A stretch of DNA of 64,000 bases from Desulfobacterales bacterium (lineage in GTDB: Bacteria > Desulfobacterota > Desulfobacteria > Desulfobacterales > UBA5852): positions 2,304,001-2,368,000 of the forward strand of contig CAXXVS010000003.1 in NCBI GenBank assembly GCA_963674755.2, read 5' to 3'. Positions 10,370 to 19,549 of this stretch are shown one piece after another. A program made the translations under genes and the position numbers. The notes beneath the pieces were generated by a model. That model was not told where the DNA came from, made no database searches, and saw only the letters and a program-made list of their open reading frames with translations. How positions within the stretch are numbered: position 1 is the stretch's first letter; the number at the start of each line of letters is the position of its first letter.

Positions 10370-11875
10370 ATGGGAGGTTTATCTGAAAAAGCTATTTCTA
10401 GATTGGAATCTGCATTGGGAAAGGAAAATGTTTTCTTAGATATGTCACATAGAGCTGTAAGGGCAGCAGTCCCCGCTCCTTTTCCTATTTGCCATTGGGA
10501 AGATCATATTCCGGATATTGTGGCGTTGCCGAAAACAACTGATGAAGTAGTTGAAATCATGAAGGTGGCAAATGAGTTCAAGATTCCAGTGGTACCTCGG
10601 GCGGGGGCTACAGGCCTGGCCGATGGAGCCGTGCCTCTTAGAAAAGGCATTCTTCTCGATATAAAACGTATGAATGAAATCATAGAGATCGATGATGTTA
10701 ATATGACGGCAACAGTTCAACCTGGCCTTGGAATGTTGGAACTCAATAAAACACTCACGCGTCTGGGGCTATTTTACCCAGACGATCCTGCCTCTTATCC
10801 GGTCGCTATTATTGGTGGAAGAATAGGCTCGGGGGGCTTTAGTCTTATGGGTTCAGGGTTCGGCCACGTACCCGACTTGGTAATGAGCATGGAAGTGGTT
10901 TTGCCTACTGGGAAAGTAATACGGGTAGGCGGAGGCGGCGGTAAAAAAATTCGAAAGTCGTCTGTGGGTTATCGGTTGAAAGATCTTTTCATCGGCCATC
11001 AAGGAACCTTGGGAATTACAACTGAAGCCACTTTGGATATCTGTAAAAAGCCCGAGGCAGAGTGCCCAGCATTTTTCGGAACAGGAAGTTTCGAAGAATC
11101 TCATGAACTTGCCCTGGCAATCGAAATGCTTGGCCTAAAAACTCTTACGGCCGTGGTTATTTTTGACCCAGAAAAAATTAATTTTCTAAGAAGAGATGAC
11201 GAGGCGTATATCCCTCAGCCTAAAGAGGTGGTATCAGTCGTATTAGCGCTTTTGTATGGTTCAGAGGGAGAAGTTAAGGCTGCACGAGAGAAAATATTTG
11301 AAACAGCTGTAGATCGATACAAGGCTAAATATTTGGGGGATGAAATTGCCAAGGGCGATTGGGCATCGCGGCACGATAGATACCATATTACCTACCATGG
11401 ACGTAATGCCGCTGGAAAAGTTTCAATGATGACGTGGCATTGCGAGGATGCGGCCATCATTCACAGTGAGCTTCCGTTTGTTCGTAGGAAATGGCATGAA
11501 ATTGTCAGTCGGTATAAAACCCAATATGACGGTTTTTTTGATGACTGGGGCATGTTTATGTACACAAATAACCCTTTTAAACCTTGGGGTGATTATCTGA
11601 CTGAAATCGATGTCGGTGTGGCAGAGTTGGACATGACGCCGGAGATTTGGAAGGCCTTTATTAAAATGAAATCAGAAATCGCTGAGGTTGCTCTGCAGGC
11701 TGGTGGAAGCATTTCAGCTTGCCATGGTGGGACCCGACAAGGCGATGTTGAACTTTGCTGTCACAAAGAATTGGCAGAGGGCTCATTCGATTTAATGAAA
11801 GATCTTAAAAAGCTGCTTGATCCAAACAATATTATGAATCCGGGCAAATACTTACTTGACGAAGCATACAAGTAG
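10370..11875 (+). CDS. FAD-linked oxidoreductase (GlcD/PCMH-type), atypical active site
   Basis: VVPRAGATGLADGA, GHQGTLGI, LDPNNIMNPGK; SACHGG in place of GEHG. Confidence 0.88.
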   Translation: MGGLSEKAISRLESALGKENVFLDMSHRAVRAAVPAPFPICHWEDHIPDIVALPKTTDEVVEIMKVANEFKIPVVPRAGATGLADGAVPLRKGILLDIKRMNEIIEIDDVNMTATVQPGLGMLELNKTLTRLGLFYPDDPASYPVAIIGGRIGSGGFSLMGSGFGHVPDLVMSMEVVLPTGKVIRVGGGGGKKIRKSSVGYRLKDLFIGHQGTLGITTEATLDICKKPEAECPAFFGTGSFEESHELALAIEMLGLKTLTAVVIFDPEKINFLRRDDEAYIPQPKEVVSVVLALLYGSEGEVKAAREKIFETAVDRYKAKYLGDEIAKGDWASRHDRYHITYHGRNAAGKVSMMTWHCEDAAIIHSELPFVRRKWHEIVSRYKTQYDGFFDDWGMFMYTNNPFKPWGDYLTEIDVGVAELDMTPEIWKAFIKMKSEIAEVALQAGGSISACHGGTRQGDVELCCHKELAEGSFDLMKDLKKLLDPNNIMNPGKYLLDEAYK

Positions 11876-11888
11876 AAAGGAGATTGGT

Positions 11889-13103
11889 ATGTCAAAACAA
11901 TACCTTAGCAAAAAAGAATTTTATGATATCAAACTTGCTGACGGCGAGCCGGTTTCAAAAGAAATGAGAAGAGACTGTTATGCCGTCTTTGCCTGCAGGC
12001 ATAAATTTTGTCGTGATGTTTGCCCGGTCTTTCTTGAAGTGCGTGATGAAAGCAGTGCATCGTATGGAATTCATACAGCTATTTTAGCCCATGCAGAAGG
12101 GCACGGAAAATTATCCGATTTGCAAGATGTCTGCACACTTTGTCTTGAGTGTGGCGCATGTGAGCTTCGTTGTCCAAATACTCTCTATACAGGAGATTTT
12201 TATGGGCAAACCACAACATTGGTAGACTTAGTTCGAAAACTTCGAAGAGATCTTATTGCTCAGGGAACACCCCCGACCAATTGGGAGGAGGTACAGAAAT
12301 ATATATTTGAGGATCTTGATCGAGAGAAAAGTAAAAATGGGGAAATTACGAAATGGGCTGAAGGGATTAATTTGCCAACAAAAAGTGATACAATCTTGTT
12401 TGTGGATTATTTCAATGCAAGCCAAACAACGGATGTTCCTAGAAATGCAGCAAAAATATTGAAAGCGGCAGGAGTTAAGTTCGGAATTTTGGATAAACTT
12501 TTTCCGACGATGGGGGAGCTATACGAAAGTGATATTGAAAAGTGGATTGATTTTGCCAAAAAAAATGTTGAAGCATTGAAAACTGCTGGTGCTAAAACGG
12601 TCGTTATGGTCAATCCTCATGACTATATGTTTTTCGTAAGAGAATACATTAAGTACATGGAACTCCCATTTGATGTCTATTTTATCACAGATTTTATCTT
12701 CAAGCTTCTTGAAGAGCATAAAATTGAATTGAAAAATGAGGTTAATATTAAAGCCACCTATCACGACCCGTGTTCATTGAACAAACACACTCTAGATTGG
12801 GAGGCTCCTAGAAAGTTGATTGAAGCGCTACCAGGAATTGATTTTTCCGCAGACGATCACATTACACAATGGGATTATTGTTGTGGAAATGGAATAAATA
12901 GTTTTAAGCGACTAAAGCCTGATATCGCTTATAAAATTGGCCTTAAGCGATTTAGTATGGCCGAAGAAGTTGGGGCTGAAAAGCTTATCGTAGCCTGCCC
13001 ACATTGTTTGGATCAATTTACAGAAGTAAAAGCAAAATCGGGCAATATAATTGAACCCGTGCATATTTTAGAGTTGATAAAGCAGTCAATGGGAATTGAA
13101 TAA
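11889..13103 (+). CDS. Fe-S subunit with ferredoxin-like and CCG domains (GlcF/HdrD-like)
   Basis: CRHKFCRDVCP, CLECGACELRCP, YHDPC..CCG..ACPHC; AAGGAG RBS before ATG 11889. Confidence 0.88.
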   Translation: MSKQYLSKKEFYDIKLADGEPVSKEMRRDCYAVFACRHKFCRDVCPVFLEVRDESSASYGIHTAILAHAEGHGKLSDLQDVCTLCLECGACELRCPNTLYTGDFYGQTTTLVDLVRKLRRDLIAQGTPPTNWEEVQKYIFEDLDREKSKNGEITKWAEGINLPTKSDTILFVDYFNASQTTDVPRNAAKILKAAGVKFGILDKLFPTMGELYESDIEKWIDFAKKNVEALKTAGAKTVVMVNPHDYMFFVREYIKYMELPFDVYFITDFIFKLLEEHKIELKNEVNIKATYHDPCSLNKHTLDWEAPRKLIEALPGIDFSADDHITQWDYCCGNGINSFKRLKPDIAYKIGLKRFSMAEEVGAEKLIVACPHCLDQFTEVKAKSGNIIEPVHILELIKQSMGIE

Positions 13104-13126
13104 AGTATAATAAAGGAGAGATATAA

Positions 13127-13315
13127 ATGGCTGAAAACGTCATCATTAAAAATGGGCATTATTTAGTGGAAGATTGGCGAATGAAAGAGATCCTTACGCA
13201 AGAGATCAATGATTATGAAAGAGAACGAATTTCTAAAAATAGAGAAGAATGGTTAGATTGGATGAACAAGCACTTTGCGTACAAGACTATTCTCGCACCT
13301 AAAAAATATCTCTGA
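13127..13315 (+). CDS. Small hypothetical protein (62 aa)
   Basis: Strong AAGGAG RBS, in-operon position. Confidence 0.7.
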   Translation: MAENVIIKNGHYLVEDWRMKEILTQEINDYERERISKNREEWLDWMNKHFAYKTILAPKKYL

Positions 13316-13357
13316 TATTATATTGCGATTGAACTATAAAAGAAATTTTCAATAGGC

Positions 13358-13422
13358 AAATGGGGTGGATTCTTATTCGAATTCGATAACGTGAAAAATT
13401 TCGATGATATTCCATCCCATTT
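13358..13422 (+). other. Intergenic stem-loop
   Basis: aaatggggtgga ... tccatcccattt inverted repeat before etfB. Confidence 0.4.
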
Positions 13423-13443
13423 TGTTTCTATTCTGGAGGTAAA

Positions 13444-14226
13444 ATGAATATCACGGTTTTATTAAAACACGTGGTTGATTCAACAGAGGTTAGATTTGAT
13501 AAAAATACTGGTGAGTTAAGACTTAGAGGCCTGCCAGAAAAGATTAGTGATTATGACAAGCATGCCATTGAAGAAGCCATCAGGTTAAAATCAAAATTTG
13601 GTGGAACTGTAACAGCTATCAGCTTTGGCAAAAAGGATGCTCTTAAATCGTTAAAAGAAGCCGTCGCAATGGGCGCTGACAATGGTATTCTTATCAATCA
13701 CCCTCAAGTCGATCAAATCTACGATCCCTATTATATCGCTACGGTTTTGGGTAAGGTAATCGAAAAAAACGATAATTGTGATTTAGTATTATGTGGTGTT
13801 ATGTCTGAGGATATTACTAATAAAATTGTTGGACCAATGATAGCTGCCAGTATTAATTTTAATTATATTCCTAATGTATCAAAAATGTCGATTGAAGACA
13901 ACTCCAAATTTAAAGCACTTTGTGAAATAGACGAATACGAAATTGAAGTAGAAGCATCGTTTCCTATTGTTATATCTGTTAGTAGAAAAATAAATGAGCC
14001 TCGTTTAGCTACAAAAATACAAATAATGAAGGTGCAAGGCAAAAAAATATCTACAATTTCATTAGAGGACATAGGAATGACTGAGAGCGTTGAAGCCGGA
14101 AGCGCTTGTCATTTTGAGTCATTCACGCCAATCACAAAAGAAAGAAAACATGTAATATTTGAGGGAGATGCAACAAGCGCAGTTAAAGAGTTAATTAATA
14201 AACTGGAACAGGAGAAAGTTCTGTGA
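13444..14226 (+). CDS. etfB: Electron transfer flavoprotein beta subunit
   Basis: LLKHVVD, DKHAIEEA, AMGAD, INEPR. Confidence 0.92.
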   Translation: MNITVLLKHVVDSTEVRFDKNTGELRLRGLPEKISDYDKHAIEEAIRLKSKFGGTVTAISFGKKDALKSLKEAVAMGADNGILINHPQVDQIYDPYYIATVLGKVIEKNDNCDLVLCGVMSEDITNKIVGPMIAASINFNYIPNVSKMSIEDNSKFKALCEIDEYEIEVEASFPIVISVSRKINEPRLATKIQIMKVQGKKISTISLEDIGMTESVEAGSACHFESFTPITKERKHVIFEGDATSAVKELINKLEQEKVL

Positions 14227-15080
14227 AAACAATCATTATTTCATCTGATGAAAATAATTTAAAGAAAATATATAAATATGCAGAGCAAATTGAAAGTATC
14301 GAGCATTGTGATTTCATAGTATTTAATACAAATGATGGTTTTATTAAAAATTTAAAAAATTCTTTAGTGAATGAAATAGATATCGCTAATGTAGATCTTT
14401 TTCTGTTGTCAGACTCGGATAAAGATCAAGAAATTGCTTCTGTATTAACTGCGCTTACAAATGGAAGTTGTTCGACAAATTGTTCGAAAGTTTACACTGA
14501 AAACAATAAGCTATGCGTGGAGAGGGAAGTATTCGGAGGCATTGCTTACCTTAAATTAGCTATGGTAAAAATGCCAGCTATAATTAGTTTGTCAAGCGGT
14601 TTGCTGAATGACCAAGCCATACATGAATTTAATGTTCAATTTAAACGAATTGATACAAAAATCGATTGTGATGAAATCAAAATTCTTTCAAAAAACAAAA
14701 TTAAAAAAAGCGTTGATATTACATCGGCTAAAAAAATCGTATCTGTTGGACGAGGAATTGGTCAAAAGGAAAGAATAGAAATTATTGAAAAGCTTGCTCA
14801 AAAACTCGATGCAGAGGTTGGATGCTCTCGTCCCATTTCAGAAGATTACAGATGGTTGCCAATTGAAAGGCAGGTCGGGCTCACGGGTGAGACTGTTAAG
14901 CCCACTTTATATGTTGCAGTAGGTATTTCAGGCCAAGTGCAGCACATCGTTGGCATGAGGGACTCGAAAGTTGTGGTCGCTATTAACAACAATAAGTCTG
15001 CGCCTATATTCGAGTATTGCGATTATGGAATTGTTGGAGACCTCTTCGAAATAGTGCCTATTTTAGAAAATACGATATAG
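14223..15080 (+). CDS. etfA: Electron transfer flavoprotein alpha subunit (short N-domain)
   Basis: VSVGRG, GCSRP, QVGLTG, GISGQVQH; GTGA overlap with etfB. Confidence 0.92.
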   Translation: MKTIIISSDENNLKKIYKYAEQIESIEHCDFIVFNTNDGFIKNLKNSLVNEIDIANVDLFLLSDSDKDQEIASVLTALTNGSCSTNCSKVYTENNKLCVEREVFGGIAYLKLAMVKMPAIISLSSGLLNDQAIHEFNVQFKRIDTKIDCDEIKILSKNKIKKSVDITSAKKIVSVGRGIGQKERIEIIEKLAQKLDAEVGCSRPISEDYRWLPIERQVGLTGETVKPTLYVAVGISGQVQHIVGMRDSKVVVAINNNKSAPIFEYCDYGIVGDLFEIVPILENTI

Positions 15081-15149
15081 AAAATGCAACACATCAAATT
15101 CTACTATAATTTTATGCCGCATTGAGAATAAAGGGAGTTTATAAGGAAA

Positions 15150-17180
15150 ATGGTCGAACGTAAATTTCTACCGTTTATGCCTGATTCAACAATTATATTT
15201 GTATACATTTATGCGTTCATAACTGTGTTCATATTCCTTCTGGGTATCAAAAGAAATGTAACAAGATATGACATAACTATCAGAGAATTTGTCAAAAATA
15301 TTTGCCAGAATTTAAAGATAAACAAAAAAGGAATATCCGATTTTATAAGTTACATTATTCTGCAGAAAAAAACCCAAGAACAAAGTTTTGGGAAAATAGG
15401 TCACTCCACTATTTATTTTGGATGTTTAATTTTGTTGATAGGGACAACAATTGTAGCTATCGATGAAGACATTTTAAGCAAAATTAGTGATTTAAAAATT
15501 TTAAGAGGTAACTTTTATATTCTTTTTGAATTTGTACTTGATACAGCAGGAATATTTGTGTTCTTTGGGGCAATTTACGCAATTTATCGAAGATTTATAG
15601 TTAAGCCTAAATATTTATACACGGATATAAATGATTATATAATACCAATACTTTTGATTATTATTATTTCGACTGGCTTTGTTTTAGAAGCATACCGGTT
15701 GCATTTAGATAACAATCCTGTTGCAAAATATTCCTATGTTGGGAATTTTATTAGTTCCAAACTGTTTTTAATTGATGAATCTTTATCCGGTATAAACAAC
15801 TATAGATTACTATGGTATTTTCATTTTATAATGGCGCTCCTTTTAATATGTCTTATCCCATTTAGCAAATTAAAGCATATATTTCTAATCCCTCTAAACT
15901 TTATAGTATCTCCACCTAAGAAGCGCCACCGAAATGCTAAACTAGATGTACCATTTAACATTCTGGAAATCGATGAGAATGATGAAGAATGTGAAGCTTT
16001 AGAAAATATTGGTGTAGGTTCAATAGCGCAAATTAGATGGAATGATCGTCTGCAAATATCAAGTTGCATAAATTGTGGCAGGTGTGAGGAAGTATGTCCG
16101 GCAAATAGCTCAGGAAGGTTGCTTTCACCAAGAAATGTAATACAGAAAATAGCAAGAAAAATTGAGAATGCTGAAAATAAAATAGAACTGTTTGAACATA
16201 TAATCAAAACTGAAGAAATCTGGGGGTGCACAAATTGCTATGCATGTATTGAAGTTTGCCCTGCATTTATTCGTCATGTAGATAAATTTTTAGATTTTAG
16301 ACGTTTTATTGTTAATACGAATTTTGAAGATGAGGCTAAAATTAACATTTTTGGCAATATCGATCGGAATGGCAACCCATACGGTTTGGCGTCCTACCAA
16401 AGAACTGAGTGGCTTTCAGATCATGAAGTCTCTACTATAGATGAAGAAGATGAATTTGATTACCTTTACTTTATCGGTTGTTCATCATCATACGATCAGC
16501 GGTGCCAAGAAATCACGAAATCCGTAATAAATATTTTAAATCATGCCAATATTAATTTCGTAATTTTAGGAGAGCACGAAATATGTTGTGGAGAGCCTGC
16601 CAAAAGAATGGGAGAAGAAGGCCTTTTTCAGATGACAGCTATTCAGAACATAGAAAAATTTGAAGAATATGGTGTTAAAAATATAATCGTTCATTGCCCG
16701 CATTGCTACAACATGCTTAAACACGAATATCCAGAATTTAACGGAAATTATAATGTAATCTACCATGCAGATATGATTGACAATCTTTTAAAGAGTCAAT
16801 CAATAAAATTAAAAACAAATATTCAAAAAACTTCTCTGACTTATCATGATCCTTGCAATATCGGTAGGCTTAATGGAATTTTTAATAGCCCAAGAGAGGT
16901 TATTAATAGGGTTGGCCAACTACGAGAAATGGATCGCAATAAAGAATCGTCATTTTGTTGTGGTGGCGGTGGTGGTAACGCTTTTTTTAAAATTCCAGAA
17001 AAAAGACGCATTAGTCAAATTAGGATTCAGGAAGCATTGAATACAGGCGCTTCATCAATCGTAGCGGCATGCCCTTTCTGTATGATAATGCTTGAAGATG
17101 CAAAAGGAAATATTGAAAACAGCAGGTCTATTACAAATGTTTACGATATCGCTGAGTTGGTTAGTATGCATCTAAATTAG
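15150..17180 (+). CDS. Membrane Fe-S oxidoreductase (ETF:menaquinone oxidoreductase/FadF-like)
   Basis: N-terminal TM helices with His residues, two CxxCxxCxxxCP motifs, two CCG domains; follows etfBA. Confidence 0.85.
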   Translation: MVERKFLPFMPDSTIIFVYIYAFITVFIFLLGIKRNVTRYDITIREFVKNICQNLKINKKGISDFISYIILQKKTQEQSFGKIGHSTIYFGCLILLIGTTIVAIDEDILSKISDLKILRGNFYILFEFVLDTAGIFVFFGAIYAIYRRFIVKPKYLYTDINDYIIPILLIIIISTGFVLEAYRLHLDNNPVAKYSYVGNFISSKLFLIDESLSGINNYRLLWYFHFIMALLLICLIPFSKLKHIFLIPLNFIVSPPKKRHRNAKLDVPFNILEIDENDEECEALENIGVGSIAQIRWNDRLQISSCINCGRCEEVCPANSSGRLLSPRNVIQKIARKIENAENKIELFEHIIKTEEIWGCTNCYACIEVCPAFIRHVDKFLDFRRFIVNTNFEDEAKINIFGNIDRNGNPYGLASYQRTEWLSDHEVSTIDEEDEFDYLYFIGCSSSYDQRCQEITKSVINILNHANINFVILGEHEICCGEPAKRMGEEGLFQMTAIQNIEKFEEYGVKNIIVHCPHCYNMLKHEYPEFNGNYNVIYHADMIDNLLKSQSIKLKTNIQKTSLTYHDPCNIGRLNGIFNSPREVINRVGQLREMDRNKESSFCCGGGGGNAFFKIPEKRRISQIRIQEALNTGASSIVAACPFCMIMLEDAKGNIENSRSITNVYDIAELVSMHLN

Positions 17181-17236
17181 AAAAGCGACTTTGTTTAACC
17201 ATAAACGAAGTACTTAAATTGAAAGGAGGATTTTAA

Positions 17237-17455
17237 ATGAGCAGGCAAGTTAATCTTGTTATCGATCTTCCCGGCGCCGATCAAAACTTGAAAAATGACA
17301 TTTATGAACGGATCACAGATTTCGAAAAAAAATACGAAAAAAAATTGGTTGTCAACGAGGGGGGATGGGTTCCAAAAGTTCAGAAAATTGACTATATTGT
17401 TGCATGGATAGGAGGTCTTTTGATTACGATTTGGATGGCTCTTGTTTTTATATAG
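17237..17455 (+). CDS. Small single-TM protein preceding the permease
   Basis: AAGGAGG RBS; hydrophobic C-terminus. Confidence 0.7.
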   Translation: MSRQVNLVIDLPGADQNLKNDIYERITDFEKKYEKKLVVNEGGWVPKVQKIDYIVAWIGGLLITIWMALVFI

Positions 17456-17500
17456 AATTTGCACTCATGTATAAAATGAGCAAATAAGGGGGGAGATATT

Positions 17501-18940
17501 ATGGGGCGCGGAATATCGAATGAAATTAACAATGAAATTTACTTCAATGCTGTTCCGGCTAGTAACAAGGATAGAATTTATGGGATGGGAGACTTTGTAG
17601 CGATACAGATTTGTTTTGGAATCGCCGCATGGTTTTTTTTGGTCGGTAGTCTGACCGGTCTTACAGTTAATGCATCCGAATCAATTCCAATTGTGCTCTT
17701 TGGAAATTGCGTGCCACTCATCCTAGTTGCTCCATTGGCGGTAATATTCGCCCGATACGGCACTGAGCAATGGGCAGGTTCGGCAGCCGTATTGGGCCAC
17801 CGATTTAAAGATGTTTGGGTTTTTATTTACATTACATCAAGCTTTGGATGGATTGCCTACTCAGCTTTTCTATTCGGAGAAAGTGCTATCAAATTTGTAA
17901 AATTCTTTAACGGCCCTGAATTTTTAAGCGCTGAAGTTCCAGGCGCTATTATTTTTGCGTTCATTGCTACCGGTATAGGGGCATGGATTGCTTATCTTGG
18001 CCCAAATACCTTAAAATGGTTTACAAGAATGTCTGCGGCCTTTTTGCTGGCTGTTCTTGGTTGGTTTATATACATCATGCTCAATAAATATGGCGCCGAT
18101 TATATATTTTCGCAAACCCCGGCAGAACCCATGGAAACGCTTGCTTGGAGCAGAGCATCAGCTATTGAATGGAATGTTGGATTGGGTTTTTCATGGGCAT
18201 TCTGGTATGGTGCTTGGACTCGATTGGCAAAAAACGAAAGTGCTGCCTTTCACGGTTGTTTATGGGGTTGGGGTCTTCTAGCGTGTACAGCCGGTATTTT
18301 TTCAGCATTTTCTGCATTGGTGCTTAAAGTCTATGACCCAAGTGAGTGGATTATAGCAATGGGTAGTCCGATTATGGCTGTTATCGGGCTGGTTATGTTT
18401 GCCCTTGCCAATATCGGTTCGATTACTTGCCTTGTTTATCCAATGTCAATAGCCTACCGTAGCCGATTCCCTAAATCTAAATGGGGGACCTCTGTCATAA
18501 TTTGTTCGGTTTTTGCGCTAATATTAGAAAATCCCGTTGTTTTCGAATCTTATGGTGTTTATTTGGCCTATATTGCTCTCCTCGCAGGGGCTTACGGTGG
18601 CATCATGATGTCAGACTACTTTCTGATCAGTAGAGGAAAATGGGCATGGTCCCTAAGAGGAATATATAACGTTAACTCTGAATATAAATACTGGCATGGG
18701 TTTAACCCTGCCGCTGTCATAGCTACCATATCAGCTTCATTGTTCTATTTGTGGACTCTTGAGCCCTTAACTTGGACAAGCTCTAATGGTCTATTCCCAT
18801 ACATTACTGCAGGGATACCTTCCTTTTTCGTTGCTTTTATAGTTTATGCAGTAGCAATGAAAGTGTGGGTTATGAGAACCATGACGCCTCCATTAGAGGA
18901 AGTATCAGAGGATTATCGCGTTATACCCAAGACTACTTAG
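17501..18940 (+). CDS. NCS1 (cytosine/purine permease)-family transporter
   Basis: About 12 TM segments; ARYG, DYFLI and Y.Y..GFN NCS1-like motifs. Confidence 0.8.
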   Translation: MGRGISNEINNEIYFNAVPASNKDRIYGMGDFVAIQICFGIAAWFFLVGSLTGLTVNASESIPIVLFGNCVPLILVAPLAVIFARYGTEQWAGSAAVLGHRFKDVWVFIYITSSFGWIAYSAFLFGESAIKFVKFFNGPEFLSAEVPGAIIFAFIATGIGAWIAYLGPNTLKWFTRMSAAFLLAVLGWFIYIMLNKYGADYIFSQTPAEPMETLAWSRASAIEWNVGLGFSWAFWYGAWTRLAKNESAAFHGCLWGWGLLACTAGIFSAFSALVLKVYDPSEWIIAMGSPIMAVIGLVMFALANIGSITCLVYPMSIAYRSRFPKSKWGTSVIICSVFALILENPVVFESYGVYLAYIALLAGAYGGIMMSDYFLISRGKWAWSLRGIYNVNSEYKYWHGFNPAAVIATISASLFYLWTLEPLTWTSSNGLFPYITAGIPSFFVAFIVYAVAMKVWVMRTMTPPLEEVSEDYRVIPKTT

Positions 18941-19007
18941 GTGATGATGTTTTTATAATAAGTATTCATATTTAATTATTTAAAATAAATTATACAGGAA
19001 AAATATC

Positions 19008-19460
19008 ATGGAAGAGATATTATTTAAGAAAATATTGGTTACGGTAAGCTTAACCGAAATAACCTATAAAGCCATTCCCTATGAAAAATATATTTTACAA
19101 AAATTTGATTGTGAAACGCATTTATTGTTTGTTGCCCGCATAGGTCGTGATGATCTTTTAAACACTCCTGGAGAGGCAATGAAAATAAAAAAGGAGGTAC
19201 AAGAAAATGCTGAGAAAAAGCTTAACGATCATGTTGAAAAGTATTTTAAAAATGAAGGCGTAATTGCATGTGTTAAGGTAGGAGATCCCGCAGATGCGAT
19301 TATTGATTATATTAATAATGAAGAAATCGACTTCGTTCTTATGGGAACACATGGAAGAAGGGGCATCAAAAAGACATTTTTAGGAAGTGTGGCAGAGGAT
19401 GTAATCAAACGATCACCTGCTCCTGTCGTAGTTATAAATCCATTCAGAGTAAAAAGTTAG
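19008..19460 (+). CDS. Universal stress protein
   Basis: GDPADAI, MGTHGRRG, LGSVAEDV. Confidence 0.92.
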   Translation: MEEILFKKILVTVSLTEITYKAIPYEKYILQKFDCETHLLFVARIGRDDLLNTPGEAMKIKKEVQENAEKKLNDHVEKYFKNEGVIACVKVGDPADAIIDYINNEEIDFVLMGTHGRRGIKKTFLGSVAEDVIKRSPAPVVVINPFRVKS

Positions 19461-19549
19461 ATCTAACCAATTTGTAAAATTATTATTTATTTATATGAGG
19501 GTTGTTAATTCTATAATTTATATAAAATTTCTAAGGGAGTTTAGCAATA

